From Octopus vulgaris (lineage: Eukaryota): a stretch of 64,000 bases of DNA. Shown here one piece after another: positions 13,346-27,140 of the stretch. A model generated the notes under the pieces. It was not told the DNA's origin. It made no database searches and saw only the letters and a list, made by a program, of their open reading frames with translations. The position numbers and the translations under genes were made by a program. Every line of letters begins with the position of its first letter. Positions within the stretch are counted from its first letter, which is position 1. The stretch is from assembly GCA_951406725.2 (NCBI GenBank), contig OX597822.1, positions 74,958,001 through 75,022,000 on the forward strand, in the 5' to 3' direction.

Positions 13346-14556
13346 TCAGGTCATCCCATAAGTTCTCTCTGATTTTACCTTTTTTAAAATTGAATGAAAT
13401 TTAATGGTATTTTAGAATGTCTAATGGAATTAAGAATTCTTTTTATGCATTTATGTGCATTTAAACTAATTAAAAAATATTCAACAGAATAATAGGATTG
13501 AAATTTCTTTGATTAAAACCCTTTCTAACATGGAAGTACCCAAAGAGCATTTAATGTATATAATGCTTTATGAGTACAAAAGAGCAAACTCTGCAGCTGA
13601 AGCGACTCGAAACATACACTCATTTTATGGGAAAGAATGCTTGAATGAAAGAACTTGCAGAATCTTGAAGATGAAGATCGAACAGGACGTCCAGTTGAGT
13701 TTGATGATAAGCTCCTTGAGGCATTTCTTGAAGAAAACCCTGCATTTTCAGTTGAAGAATTGGAAGTAAAGCTTAGTTCAAACCATACAACAGTTCATTA
13801 TCATCCTCTAAAACTTGGAAAGGTTCCTAAACTTGGAAAATGAGTGCCTCATGAATTGTCCGAAACAACCGCAAATACCGAGTTGACATCTGCTCTTCTC
13901 TCCATTCTTGCGAACTCATTTCACCCTTTTTGGATAGACTTGTGACGACGACAAATGGATCTTCTATCGAAATGTTAAACGTTGAAAACAGTGGCTTGGT
14001 AAAAGGGAAAAAGCTCATCCACAACCGAGAAGGAAACTTCATGGGAAAAAGGTTCTTCTCTCTATTTGGTGGGATTGCAAAGGAGTAATTCACTTTGAAT
14101 TGTTACCACCTAATGCAACAATCTATGCTCAAGTCTTCTGTCAGCAATTAGAGCGTTTGAGCCAAGCTTTGAAGAAAAAAGAGCTGCTTTAGTGAATCGA
14201 AAAGGAATGCTGTTTCGTTAGGATAATGCGTGACACCACACTGCAAAAATCACATCACAGAAGAGCGAAGAGCTTGGTTAGGAAAACATTCCTCATCCAC
14301 CATATTCTCCCGACCTTGCTCCTTTGGACTACCGTCTGTTTCGCAAGCCAGGAGGAGGTCGAAACTGACATTTCAGAGTTCTTCGCTTTGAAACCAAGAG
14401 TTTTACATTGATGGGATTAAATAGCTTGTAAATAGATGAAAGGAAGTCATAGATAATCAGGGAAAGTACATTGATGATTAAATTTCAATTAAATATAACA
14501 TTTGATCACATGGATTCTTTATCCAAAATTCGGACAGAATTTAAGCGATGACATGA
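13346..14556 (+). mobile_element. Near full-length degenerate mariner; transposase pseudogene 13530-14481
   Basis: Imperfect TIRs (tcaggtcatcccataagttct and agaatttaagcgatgacatga). Motifs MEVPKEHL..MLYEY, RTGRP, (W)VPHEL, LDRLVT and HPPYSPDLAPLDY, with stops and frameshifts. Confidence 0.88.
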
Positions 14557-14595
14557 TTATATATATATATTATACACACACACAAACACACAGAC

Positions 14596-14776
14596 GAGTG
14601 AGTCGGAAAACGGAAGAAAGGATACTCAACACATTTATTAGGAGTTAAATGTATTGTTAAAAACTGTTTGATTCGGATTCCGTGGTAATTAAAGTTTCAA
14701 GGCCCGTAACGGGGTCTTTCCTCAGGCCAGGCTTTGAAACTTTAAGTAGCACGGAATCCAAATTCAACTGTTTTGA

Positions 14777-14780
<4 letters not shown>
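14596..14780 (-). mobile_element. PLE-terminal module with hammerhead-like motif and a 50-bp inverted duplication
   Basis: Minus strand reads CTGAGGA-AAGACCCcgttacGGGCCTT-GAAAC. Arms 14655-14704 and 14730-14779 are reverse complements. A homologous copy without the fold-back is at 55175-55310. Confidence 0.55.
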
Positions 14781-14872
<92 letters not shown>

Positions 14873-15089
14873 ATGCACTATTCTGCGTCCTTATATTTTC
14901 GAACAAGTGCGTTTAGTGTCCTCACTCAGCTCTAAAGCAATATCTGTGCGTCGATAGCCAGCTGGAGACGATGTTTCCTGGGGCTAAATAACAATAACAT
15001 TCATCTTAATCAGAACTGCCACATTATGTTGGCAAATAATCTTTACTCTTGAGTACTGTTACTGAATGTTTCTCGTTCATAGATTTAGA

Positions 15090-15202
<113 letters not shown>

Positions 15203-15342
15203 TATGTATATATATATTGTTTACATCATAAGAATTCACAAACTTCCTGACACAGCAAATAAATCGTTTTTCGTTTTTAAAAGCAGTGCGTGAATCTGGC
15301 CAAACTATAAACAATAGCATGTAAATATTGGTGTAAACCCCC

Positions 15343-15719
15343 TTAAATGGAAAGGTCGAAGGCTGCATTTGGGACCGGAACCCACATGTGTGAACATGAC
15401 AGACGCCTTAACATTGCACTAAAGCAATCCTTTGAATTTCTCCACTCATATAGAAGCTTTGTTTTTAACCAACAAGAATTTTTAGGGTTTCGTCTGTTTC
15501 GCGTTCTTCCGTTAGAAAATCAATAGTTTATTCCATATCTCTCGAAGTTTCTAAATCCTAATAGGTTAAACAATATGAAATTCTCGCTAGCAAGAATAAA
15601 CTTTCTAAAATGGAAGGAGACAGTCAAGGAATCCCTTTGGTGCGATGGTAGAACGTCTGTCACGTTTGCAGAAGACGTGGGTTTGAGTCTCACAAGCAAC
15701 CCCCGACTTTTCCATCTAA
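15343..15719. repeat. Diverged inverted repeat (about 140-bp arms) containing a tRNA-like segment
   Basis: 15345-15484 aligns by eye with the reverse complement of 15574-15717. Confidence 0.75.
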
Positions 15720-16371
15720 TATTTTGTTTAAACCAAATATTTACACATTAACAAAGAAACGATACATATGGAGCAGGAATACTGGCAGAGTCCAAAACGT
15801 CAGTTCGCTGCCTACGAAAGGAAACCAAATCACTGTGTTCGAACGTAAAAGGCACGAACAAGACTCAGCAAATCGTAGATGACGTAAGCAAACAACTGGC
15901 CAATCAAATCTGATAAACATCATTGTATCGAAACGCAAAGACAATTAAGCAACACGAACGTGAAGCGGTAAATTATTGCTGATGTCAGCAAAGAACTTAC
16001 CATTTAAATCTATGGTAAAAGTAGGATGCATTAACATTTTGATTTTGGCTCCCTTTTTCTGTGACAGACCATTACCTACATACATAGAACTGTTTCCTTG
16101 CTAACTGACAGTGGTGGCGACAGAGTTGAAGCCAGTCGCTGTAAAAATCTACATCACACAACAGCGATGACCACTACAGTCAACTGTCATAACTGACTCT
16201 CACATCTCACACAAACTGAATTACTTCACATGGTGGTTCAAAAAAAATTTTTTTTTTTAACGATAAATAAATATTTTGTATGAGAAACTTCACACAGACA
16301 TCTTGTTCAGCCATCTCTTAACTCAACCAAATCGTTACACTGTGACAACCAAATCGAATATCTTTATCATT

Positions 16372-16423
<52 letters not shown>

Positions 16424-16485
16424 GTGTGTGTGTGTGTGTGCATGCATACACATATATTTTTGATATATTTATATAATATACATAT

Positions 16486-16540
<55 letters not shown>

Positions 16541-16675
16541 CACATACACACACATATATACACACACACACATATATATATACACGCACACACACATATA
16601 TATATATACGCACACACACACATATATATATATACGCACACACACATATATACACACACACACACACATATATAT

Positions 16676-16736
<61 letters not shown>

Positions 16737-16800
16737 CGTGTATGTGTGTGTGTGTGCATATATATATATATATATATATGCATGTGTGTTTGTGTGTGCA
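16372..16800. repeat. Compound (TA)/(CA)/(TG) microsatellite field
   Basis: Direct reading. Confidence 0.95.
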
Positions 16801-17214
16801 TGTATGCTTTGCTTTTTTTTTTTTTTTACTTCTTAGAACTTAGCTAACTTATATTTCACACTCAATATTTACTAGTGTTAGACTTTATTCCCCAAACTTT
16901 GTGTATTTATTCACAGAATATCAGGTGATTTTTAAATAAATACATAAATATTCTTTAGAGAATATTCTTATATTTCACCGCTTTATTTTTATTCACCATC
17001 GCAGATCAGTATTTATTTATTTATTTATTCATTTATTTTACTTTTACATTTAGACATAATATCCTTCTACCGCTATTTGTATCGTATATCGGTTTCTATG
17101 CATCTCATTTTTAATACTATGGATTTTCACGAATAATAATTGTGTAAACGTATTTTGACGGCACTTAAAATCTTTCGTTATAGTTTATCCTTCTTATGCT
17201 TATCGTTTCCATAT

Positions 17215-17216
17215 CC

Positions 17217-17311
<95 letters not shown>

Positions 17312-17312
17312 C
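17215..17312. repeat. (TATC)n microsatellite
   Basis: Direct reading. Confidence 0.97.
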
Positions 17313-17605
17313 GTCTGTCCCTCTCCCTCCCTGTTTCTATAAATTTGCATCGAAATTCACCTTTTCTCTTTCCAGCCTTCTGTGTATCTATATACACAAT
17401 ATTTCATATTTATGTTCATATGACTCTAACAACTCTTGTTCTCCATGTCTTCCTCTCTCGGCAAATTCCCACCTCACATAACATGGCGCTGTCTTTCCAT
17501 TCATTATTGCCTATTTACATACATTTTCTATATTATCGAAAAAGTCTGTTCCAATTTGAGACTTCAAAAAGGGGAAATCTGATTTGTATGTGGGGAAGTA
17601 GGTAT

Positions 17606-17658
<53 letters not shown>

Positions 17659-17714
17659 CACACACATGATATATATATATACACACACATATATATATAT
17701 ATATATACATACAC

Positions 17715-17757
<43 letters not shown>

Positions 17758-17785
17758 TATATATATATACACACACACACACACC

Positions 17786-18070
17786 ACAAATGCACAAATG
17801 CATATATATATATACATATATATTCATATACAAAAATGTATATATATATATACAAATGCATATGTATATATACACACACAAATGCATGTATATACACACG
17901 CACAAATGCATATATATATATATACATATATATATTTATATACAAAAATGTATATATATATATATATATATACACACAAATGCATATGTATATATACACA
18001 CACAAATGCATGTATATACACACGCACAAATGCATATATATATATACATATATATATTTTATATACAAAA

Positions 18071-18129
<59 letters not shown>

Positions 18130-18181
18130 AATGCATATGTATATATACACACACAAATGCATGTATATACACACGCACAAA

Positions 18182-18233
<52 letters not shown>

Positions 18234-18268
18234 TATATTTATATACAAAATGTATATATATACACAAA

Positions 18269-18308
<40 letters not shown>
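17786..18308. repeat. Higher-order tandem repeat built from microsatellite and 'cacaaatgca' spacers
   Basis: The unit tacaaaaatg(TA)n-cacaaatgcatatgtatatatacacacacaaatgcatgtatatacacacgcacaaatgca(TA)n recurs near 17830, 17941 and 18064, with a partial copy at 18244. Confidence 0.85.
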
Positions 18309-18312
<4 letters not shown>

Positions 18313-18613
18313 CGTGATCACCGTGACCGATCAGGCTATCAGATGTTGCTACACATCGCTAGTCACAATGCGTTTCGCATTGTTTTAGCCTTCAAATGAC
18401 GCCACCCCGCTGGCTAAGCGAGCAGGCCTACAGAGAAAGAATGAAAGTTGTGGCGAAAGAGTACAGCAGGGATCGCCACCACTCCCTGCCGGAGCCTTGT
18501 GAAGCTTTAGGTGTTTTTCGCTCAATAAACACTCACAACGCCCGGTCTGGGAATCGAAACCGCGATCCTACGACCTGAGTCCGCTGCCCTAACCACTGGG
18601 TCATTGCGCCTCC
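18308..18613 (-). mobile_element. tRNA-headed SINE family C, tail type 2
   Basis: Head ggaggcgcaatgacccagtggttagggcagcgg...ggtttcgattccc; tail 'gaaggctaaaacaatgcgaaacgcattgtgactagcgatgtgtagcaacatc'. Confidence 0.88.
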
Positions 18614-18634
18614 ACACACACACACACACACACA

Positions 18635-18689
<55 letters not shown>

Positions 18690-19403
18690 TTATTCACACA
18701 CACAGTTTTGTATGTATACAGAGATAATTTATACACAGGCGCGCGAGCATGCCCGCTTTTATATATATGCATATACGTATGTAAGCATGCATGTATAAAT
18801 TTGAAGTTTAGAAGTCTGGATATTTTCGCAGGCCACTGAGAGAAGCAGAAGAATCGGACGTTTCGGAACTAATCAATTGTCAGAAGGAAAAGAAATATTC
18901 CACATTGTGAGTCTAAATAGTACTGCTAACATACGAGGCCAAAGAGAGTGCGTACGAAGTGGGTGCATGTAATATATTTTTAAAAACAAAACCAGCTTTA
19001 ACACAATTCAAAATTCAGTTCACGTAAGAGGAAAATGGCGAACGTCAAGTTGAATTATATACGAGATAACATAATTCTTCTTGGAATTCTCTCCCTTCGT
19101 TTGCTGTATGTCAAAAGAATACTAAACATCGTTTTCGCCACGTAAAAAAAAATTATTTGTCATTTTCATCACATTTAAGGAAGAGAAACATATTTGCAGT
19201 CATTATTGGTAGCACGTGCAGACGTAAATGTGCTTTGTGTTTGTGTATCGACACGTTCATATACATTTTTGTACATGCATGTGTATGTATGCACCTTTCT
19301 TTATATATATGTATATATTTATACATCATAGATGAAATCCAGATTTTTTTTCTGTATAGAATACACTAAGGAGTGCTCAAGAGGTTTAAACTTGAGCAGG
19401 TAT

Positions 19404-19810
19404 AAAAGTAAATGTGGGGATAAACAAGTTAGTCTCATTCATGTATAAAGCGTATTAAATACATGAAATATAAAAAAAATGTATATATGCATGCATATAA
19501 AAAGGCCCGATTTACGCAAGATAGGAATGATATAAAGAATTACAGGAGTTGAGGAAGCTCAAGGAAGACGGAGGCTTATCTCATTCTATGATGTAACCAA
19601 TCTCCAAACATTATTATGGACCACCGAGCCTCTAGAAACAGCTGTTGGATTTGTAATACTTTCGTTCAGCTCCTTTAATTCTTGATATAATTTGTATTCT
19701 GTGTAAGACTTTTTTTTATATGTATACATACATTTTTTTTTGCATTTCACGTATTCAATATGCCTTATATATCGATCTGTCTAACTTGCTTAGCTCTACA
19801 TTTACTTTTG
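19404..19810. repeat. Diverged inverted repeat (about 150-bp arms, about 105-nt spacer)
   Basis: 19404-19556 aligns with the reverse complement of 19661-19810 (aaaagtaaatgt...caagttag...gaaat...aagaatta.aggag). Confidence 0.8.
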
Positions 19811-20064
19811 TTTTTATATATGTATAAATGTATGTTGTTTTTCTTTACTTAATAAGTATGGAAGATGTAGCAAAAGTGACTCTTACAAGACTATTGCTGT
19901 CACTTTCAGCCGATTTCTTCATAAATGTAAATGATTTTTCTCATTGCTATTGTTGCTATCGTTATTATTATTATCATCATAATTATTATTTTAGTTGTAT
20001 ACACACATACACACAGGAACACACACACGCATGCACGCACACACATAGTTCAAAATTATACAAA

Positions 20065-20190
20065 AATAAAAGAGCGAGACAGGTGAGGGAACAACATACA
20101 AGGTGTATTAATTTCACACTCAGGGAAAGTGAAATATGTCTGATGTTTCGACCTTAGAGAAAGGAATGAAAAGAGGAAACATAGAGATGA
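20065..20190 (-). mobile_element. Decayed PLE-terminal module
   Basis: Colinear with the reverse complement of 37130-37250 and with 56890-57000 (caggtg...gtgtatta...ctcaggga...gtttcgacct). Confidence 0.5.
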
Positions 20191-20949
20191 AAACAAAAAC
20201 GGAAATAGTAAAAAAACCTGTCTAGATTAAAACGGTTGCACAGTTTTTCCTGCGTACGTATGTCACTAGTTCACAACTATGTAATTAACAGCATAACACA
20301 TATCCCAATTAATCCTATAAATCCTAAAGATTTGACGAACTGTCACTAACAGAGGAGCGTAAAAAACAGTTACATTTACATGACAACAACAAAAATCATT
20401 TAAACAAAAATAGACAAACTCTCGTCAGCTTCTCGGTCGGAAATCATTATAGTTTCGATACGATGTGCGTGTGTGTCTGTGTGTGTGTGAGTGTGAATTA
20501 ATAAATTATTTAGTAGTGCACTACACAGCGTTTCTGCGATAATATGATGTGCAAGTTGTATCTTTTAATAAAACTGAAAAAGTTTTAAGACAAGAAAGTT
20601 TAATCAGAATGATTCCTTTGACTGCTCACAGGGAAATAAACCCGTGGTATAACTCATGTGTTTAATTTTCACGGCGAGGCTAAGTTGTATGTTTATTTAT
20701 AAAGATATATCTTACATTCCAGATCAACTCCAGCCCTCCCTTGCCTTCTCTTTACCTCATGTTGCCAGTCACCTTATCGAATAGAGACTTTAAACCGACT
20801 TGGGACATCTACTTCAATAGATCAAGTTGTCAATAAATGCAATGTCAGATGATAATTCACCGTTAGATGTTATATTAGCCGAGGGATTTCATCTCAACCA
20901 ACCAGCGCAATCGATCAGAGCCTTCCCAAAATACACTTTTGACTCATGC

Positions 20950-21510
20950 CTACACGCACGCACGCACAAACATACATACGTATGCAGAAATATACACATA
21001 CAAACATGCGTGCGCGTACACACACGTTTACGCGCGCACGTACACACGCATTTACGCACGCATGCGCACAGAGATTTACTCGGTTCGTGTGCGTCCAAAC
21101 ACTCGCGTGTATAAGCCTCAAATAAGACAAACGTACGTGCATTGCGAACATACATACATGTATGCATACAAACACAAACCATAAACACACACAAGTTCGT
21201 ACTACAGCACACACATACAAATGTACAAGAATGCACTCACACACACACACACACACACAATGTACAAGCACCACTCACCACCACAAATATGCACACCCAC
21301 ACACGCGCGAACATACACGCACACACACATAGTCGTGCGATTGTTCACACATGCGCATGTATAAGATACATACATACCTACATACATGTAGACATATACA
21401 CGTACATACACGTAAGTATGCACACAGACGTATCAATACGCGCTAGGACGTACAGTATACATACATACACACATACGCATACTCTCATACACACACACTC
21501 ACATACACAC

Positions 21511-21552
<42 letters not shown>

Positions 21553-21860
21553 GCACACAAATACATACATGCATACACGCACACACACACATATATATAT
21601 AAACACGTAGATATACATTCAAAGACACACAAATATACATACATAGACACACACATACATTCATACACATATATACACGCACATGTATACATAAATACAT
21701 ACACACACCACATATATATATACACACACATATTCATAGATACACGTACAAGTGTAAACATAAGAATACATACCACACATGCACACGCGCACATATATAC
21801 GGGCACACGCAAAGTTACACGCAAAAACACATGCATACACTGACACACACACACACACGT

Positions 21861-21911
<51 letters not shown>

Positions 21912-22330
21912 GTATACGAAGTATGCACACAGATTTATACAAATTTACGCATTACACCCACACGTATAGAAAACGTACACACATAAGCAAAATATACAAA
22001 TATACACGCCCGATACGCGTACATATACTCACACACACATGTGCACACACACAGAGACACAAATCCACAAATATACGTACACGCGCATACACGAAGGTAC
22101 ACAGAGAAACACAATATACGTAAACGAATACACATATGCGTATACACACACACTTATACAAATATATATATATACATTGATGCACACACAAAGTTGCACA
22201 TATACGCGCACACATATACAAACACAGACACACCCACCCAGGATACACATGCATACGCCTTATATGCATACATACATGGACACATATACACACACACACA
22301 CCATATATAAACGAATATACATGCATGCAT
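20950..22330. repeat. Degenerate (CA)/(TA)/(TACA) low-complexity field
   Basis: Direct reading; source of the His/Thr/Tyr/Ile pseudo-ORFs. Confidence 0.9.
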
Positions 22331-22344
22331 ATATTCTTTTTTAT

Positions 22345-22562
22345 CTATTATATTTTTCGGCGATTTGACTGCGGCCATGCTGGAACACCGCCTTTAGTCA
22401 AGCAAATCGACCCCAGGACTTATTCTTTGTATGCCTAGTACTTATTCTTTCGCCGAACCGCTAAGTTACTGGGATGTAAAACAACATCAGTTGTCAAGCG
22501 ATGTTGGGTGGGGCGACAAACACAGACACACTAACACACACACGCACACATATGTATGTATG

Positions 22563-22631
<69 letters not shown>

Positions 22632-22668
22632 GGGCTTCTTTCGGTTTCCGTCTACCAAATCCATTCAA
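22345..22668 (-). mobile_element. SINE family A, 3' two-thirds
   Basis: Reverse complement of the family A 3' arm and internal microsatellite. Confidence 0.85.
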
Positions 22669-23621
22669 CAGTCTCATGCCTTATCTGGTTCATCGGAACT
22701 ATGCCCAAAGACAATCCTACCGTGACCATGCAGTCTTTATTTCAGACACTGACGATTTTACTTTCTTCTTTTTAACGCTATTATGATAAGATTAGATGGA
22801 GATTTGGTTGCTAGTTTCAGTATTTCAAGCAACTAAAAAGTGGGGTTCTATTCTTGTTCTTGTTACTTAACCCCAAACAAAAAGAAAAGTTTCAAGCGGT
22901 ACTTCCGTCTAAAGCTTGAAGAGCTAAAGAAAAACATTTTCCCAAAACAGAAAAAAAACAACAAAAAAACTGAAGTTCGAAACGAACACACACACACACG
23001 GATGCACTCACTCACTCACTCACCTCGCCTCTCTCTGCCTGCAGAATAAACACATGAAGCAATGTAAACACTCTCTCCATGTAAGCATACATACCCTCCT
23101 ACAAAGACACTCACTCATACACATACATACATGCAAACTATAGCTGCATACACACACACAATCGATTATTGGTACAGTGAATATTTGTAGAAGATTCCAA
23201 AAATCCACCGTTTGAGTTTCCTGGAACAGACATAAACACACAATCACAGTGTGTACATGACATACATACACACACACACAAAGAATAATTACATACATAC
23301 GTATACATGCATATTTGTGTACTAAAAAGCCAAGTGAACTACGAAACAGGAGTGTAAGTATATCCACGCCTACAGCGCAGTCATGTTTCGAAAAGCCAAG
23401 TTTCTCTCGGACAAACTGGCCCCAGTCAGCCTTGTTCGAGAAGAGCTATGTGGTGGCAGTAGGTACAAGAGAACCACTATCAATTGTTTGAGGGCAATGA
23501 AAATGATTTGAATATCTTGGGTTGAAATTGGGTTTGTACCCTCAAAGCAGATTTCGCTCCCGCGGTTATGGAGCTATGATCAAAGACATCCCAGTTGTAC
23601 ACACAATGTATTTTTTTCCAT

Positions 23622-24040
23622 AGGCGCAGGAGTGACTGTGTGGTAAGTAGCTTGCATACCAACCACATGGTTCCGGGTTCAGTCCCACTGCGTGGCATCT
23701 TGGGCAAGTGTCTTCTGCTATAGCCCCGGGCCGACCAATGCCTTGTGAGTGGATTTGGTAGACGGAAACTGAAAGAAGCCTGTCGTATATATGTAAGTAT
23801 ATATATATGTGTGTGTGTGTTTGTGTGTCTGTGTTTGTCCCCCTAGCATTGCTTGACAACCGATGCTGGTGTGTTTATGTCCCCGTTACTTAGCGGTTTG
23901 GCAAAAGAGACCGATAGAATAAGTACACGGCTTACAAAGAATAAGTCCCGGGGTCGATTTGCTCGACTAAAGGCTGTGCTCCAGCATGGCCGCAGTCAAA
24001 TGACTGAAACAAGTAAAAGAGTAAAAGAGTAAAGAGTATA
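23622..24040 (+). mobile_element. SINE family A, young subfamily
   Basis: Full length with a (gtaaaaga)n tail. Confidence 0.92.
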
Positions 24041-24939
24041 AGCCAGTCATTCTGAACCTGTTTTTTGGCTACGGCTTTCTTAGGATCGCTTCTCAGGTTC
24101 CTGACATTGGTTCATTGACCGACAAAAGACCTATATGTAGAGAAAAACAAAAGGCAGCACTTATGGCCCTTTGTTTTTAGGGCTCAGAAGTTGGTAGAAG
24201 GAAAGGAAGGAGTTATCTTCAGACTGGAATAGTGGCACAAGCGTAACTAGGTGAGTAGCGAGGAGACTAGCCCTCACTGAGTAACGTTTTTGTAGGGTCT
24301 GCATTTTTGGGTTTACTGTAAAAGCCTGTATTGGTTTAGGGACCCGGTGGTGGTGGCGTGGTAAACTCAATGGCTACCCTAGGCGGCACATACTCTAGCT
24401 ACGCTACTGAACCCTGGCTTAAATGCTTGCAACAGTGGGGTTTAATAATGGCAGCTTGGAACCGAATGGTGGTGTTAAACCAGTTGATGAATTAATTCAG
24501 CATCGATTGCTCTGACGAACTTCCATAAAACTACTGACAACCAACTTTCCCTTACAAGACTGTGGACAATTCGAAGTAATGGCAGAAAACCCTTTCCGCA
24601 CGAGATGCCAACCTGTGAAATCGAATCTTATCCCATTTAGTAGTAAACCTTTTAACTAGACAGCTATGCCTGCTTCAAATTACCTAATGTGTTTCTTCTT
24701 TTCTAAGATGGTAGGGAGTATTATGAGAGAGAGATTTGGCTGTTACTTTTAGCAGACCGAAGCGAGTGACAACATGGAGTCTCCAGCAATGACTTGCCGC
24801 TGTCGTTATTGAGTACCCCAGTTCAAACATTATTAAATCAACTTATAATCAATGATCTTTCACTCGCGACCACCCCGTCTGTTATTATCAGGACATGTTT
24901 AGGATTACTTTATTAATTATTTCGAAAAATATATAAAGT

Positions 24940-25086
24940 GTTGGTGTGGCTGTGTGGTTATGATGCTCGCTTTGTAACCACGTAGTCTCGAGTTCTATCT
25001 CACTTCGTGACACCTCGAGAAAGTGTCTTCTACAATGAACTTGTGAGTGAATTTGAAACACGGAAACAATGTGGAAGCCTGCCGTA

Positions 25087-25118
<32 letters not shown>

Positions 25119-25440
25119 AAGTTAATCCAAACAAGAAAGCACAGAAAAAACACAATAACGCGAGGACGTGGAACAAAAATAGTATTATTGGACGCTCAGG
25201 AAATAAGGAAAGAAGGAGGGTTTAACGTTTCGAGCGGAGCTCTTCGTCGGAAACGTGTGTATTTCGGTATTTGTCCTCCCGACCACTTTGGCATCTCGTA
25301 ACTTAGCAGCTCAGCAAAAGAAAACGATAGAATGGGGCTACAAGATTTAAAAGTAAGTATTGTAGTTGATCTGTTCTCCTAAAACCCTCGTACGCGATGC
25401 TCCAGCATGGCCACAGTCCAATGATTGGAACCAGTAAAAA
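24940..25440 (+). mobile_element. Diverged SINE family A interrupted by a PLE-terminal module
   Basis: Head at about 24945 and 3' arm at 25255-25440. The insertion 25119-25254 sits in the internal (TA)n. Confidence 0.7.
25119..25254 (-). mobile_element. PLE-terminal module with hammerhead-like motif
   Basis: Minus strand reads GTTT-CCGACGAA-GAGCtccGCTC-GAAACGTT-AAAC. Near-identical to 39950-40092 and abuts (TA)n. Confidence 0.65.
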
Positions 25441-26289
25441 ATATATAAATATATAAAAGATAGGGAGGGAAACTCGACCGCTATTTCTAACAGGTCAAAA
25501 TAAGCGGTTGACTACGTAAACGTTTCTTAATTTGGTTTTTTGATTTCGTTGCCGTCGTCGTGGTCGTGATCGTGGTAGTGGTTGTTGTTGTTGCTGTTGT
25601 TGCTGGCGCTCTTGTTATCATTTAGTGAAGCGTTAATACTGATGTAGCGGTTTTTAAATGTCAGCATTGCTTAATGTTTCTTCATTGCTTACTACGTAGT
25701 GTAGATGCATGTTTGTAAGTTATTACACAGACACACACACACACAAACACACTCACTCTCACACACATATACGCATGCGCACGCACACACACGAACATGT
25801 ACACACTTGCACACTAACAGGCACACACAATGAGAAGCTCTTTTGTAAATATCCCACGTAAAAGAATGACAATTGCAAGTAACCACTGAAGAAGGAAATT
25901 GAAAACAGCCAATTCTATCGTAAAGATTTATTTCGTTGGCAGGTCTTTCTTTACACTTTATAAACTACACTGCAAGCCAATAATCCGAAGAAGTCTAGAA
26001 AAAAAAAGACGGACGAAGTTGCATGGGGAATATTAGAAGGTATTTCATTCGTTCATGAGTCATGAATCAACTTTATTTTCTGTAAGTTGCCTGCAGAAGA
26101 GAACAACATCAAATCTGGACCATCCCCGAATACAACAATACGCTTTACTATTGTTAATCGTTAATCGCGAACACACGATGGCTGTCTACTTATAACCGAA
26201 GATGACCATCACTAACCATTGCCCGTGCGAAATACCAGCAATACCAGTAATGTCCGTGCACGAGGTTATTAAACCTGCAGTGGCTAACT

Positions 26290-26745
26290 TGGTACTTGGT
26301 CTTTTCGTCTCCTTTTTGCCAAACTGCTAAGTTACGGGGATGTAAACAAACCAACACTGGTTGTCAAACATACATGCATGCATGCATACATACATACATA
26401 TACATACAGACGCAGACACACACACACACGTACACATGTATACACTCATACATACATATATACACATACATACACATACATATACATACAGGGGTGTATA
26501 CAAACCAACACTGGTTGTCAAGTAGTGGTGGAGTCAAACACAAATAATGACACACACACATACGGGCACACACGCACAAATATGCGACAGGTTTCTTTCG
26601 GTTTTCGTCTACCGAATTCACACACAAGGCTTTGGTCGGTCAGGGTCTATAGTAGAAGGCACTTGCGCAAGGTACCACGCAGAGGAAATGAACCAGAAAC
26701 CAGTGGTTGCGAACCAAACTTCTTACCACACAGCCACGTCTAAGC
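26290..26745 (-). mobile_element. Diverged SINE family A with internal duplication
   Basis: Family A motifs on the minus strand; 'caaaccaacactggttgtcaa' occurs twice. Confidence 0.75.
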
Positions 26746-26869
26746 TATCGCCCAGTATCTGTATATAAAAGTGTGTGTGGATGTGTATACATACATAGCT
26801 ACATATATACACATACTTATATATGCACACATAAACACACATACACATACATACATACATGCATACAAA

Positions 26870-27140
26870 CACACACAGACGCATACATACATACGCACAC
26901 ACACGCGTACACACACATACATATTCATATGCACACATACACGTACACATACATACATATTCATACGCACACACGTACACATACATACGCACACACATAC
27001 GTACACATACGCACACACAGTACACATACATACGCACACACATACGTACACATACATACGCACACACACACGTACACATACATACGCACACACGTACACA
27101 TACATACGCACATACATACATTCATACATACACGTACACA
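26870..27140. repeat. Minisatellite of about 22-28 nt (catacatacgcacacacgtaca variants)
   Basis: Direct reading. Confidence 0.75.
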
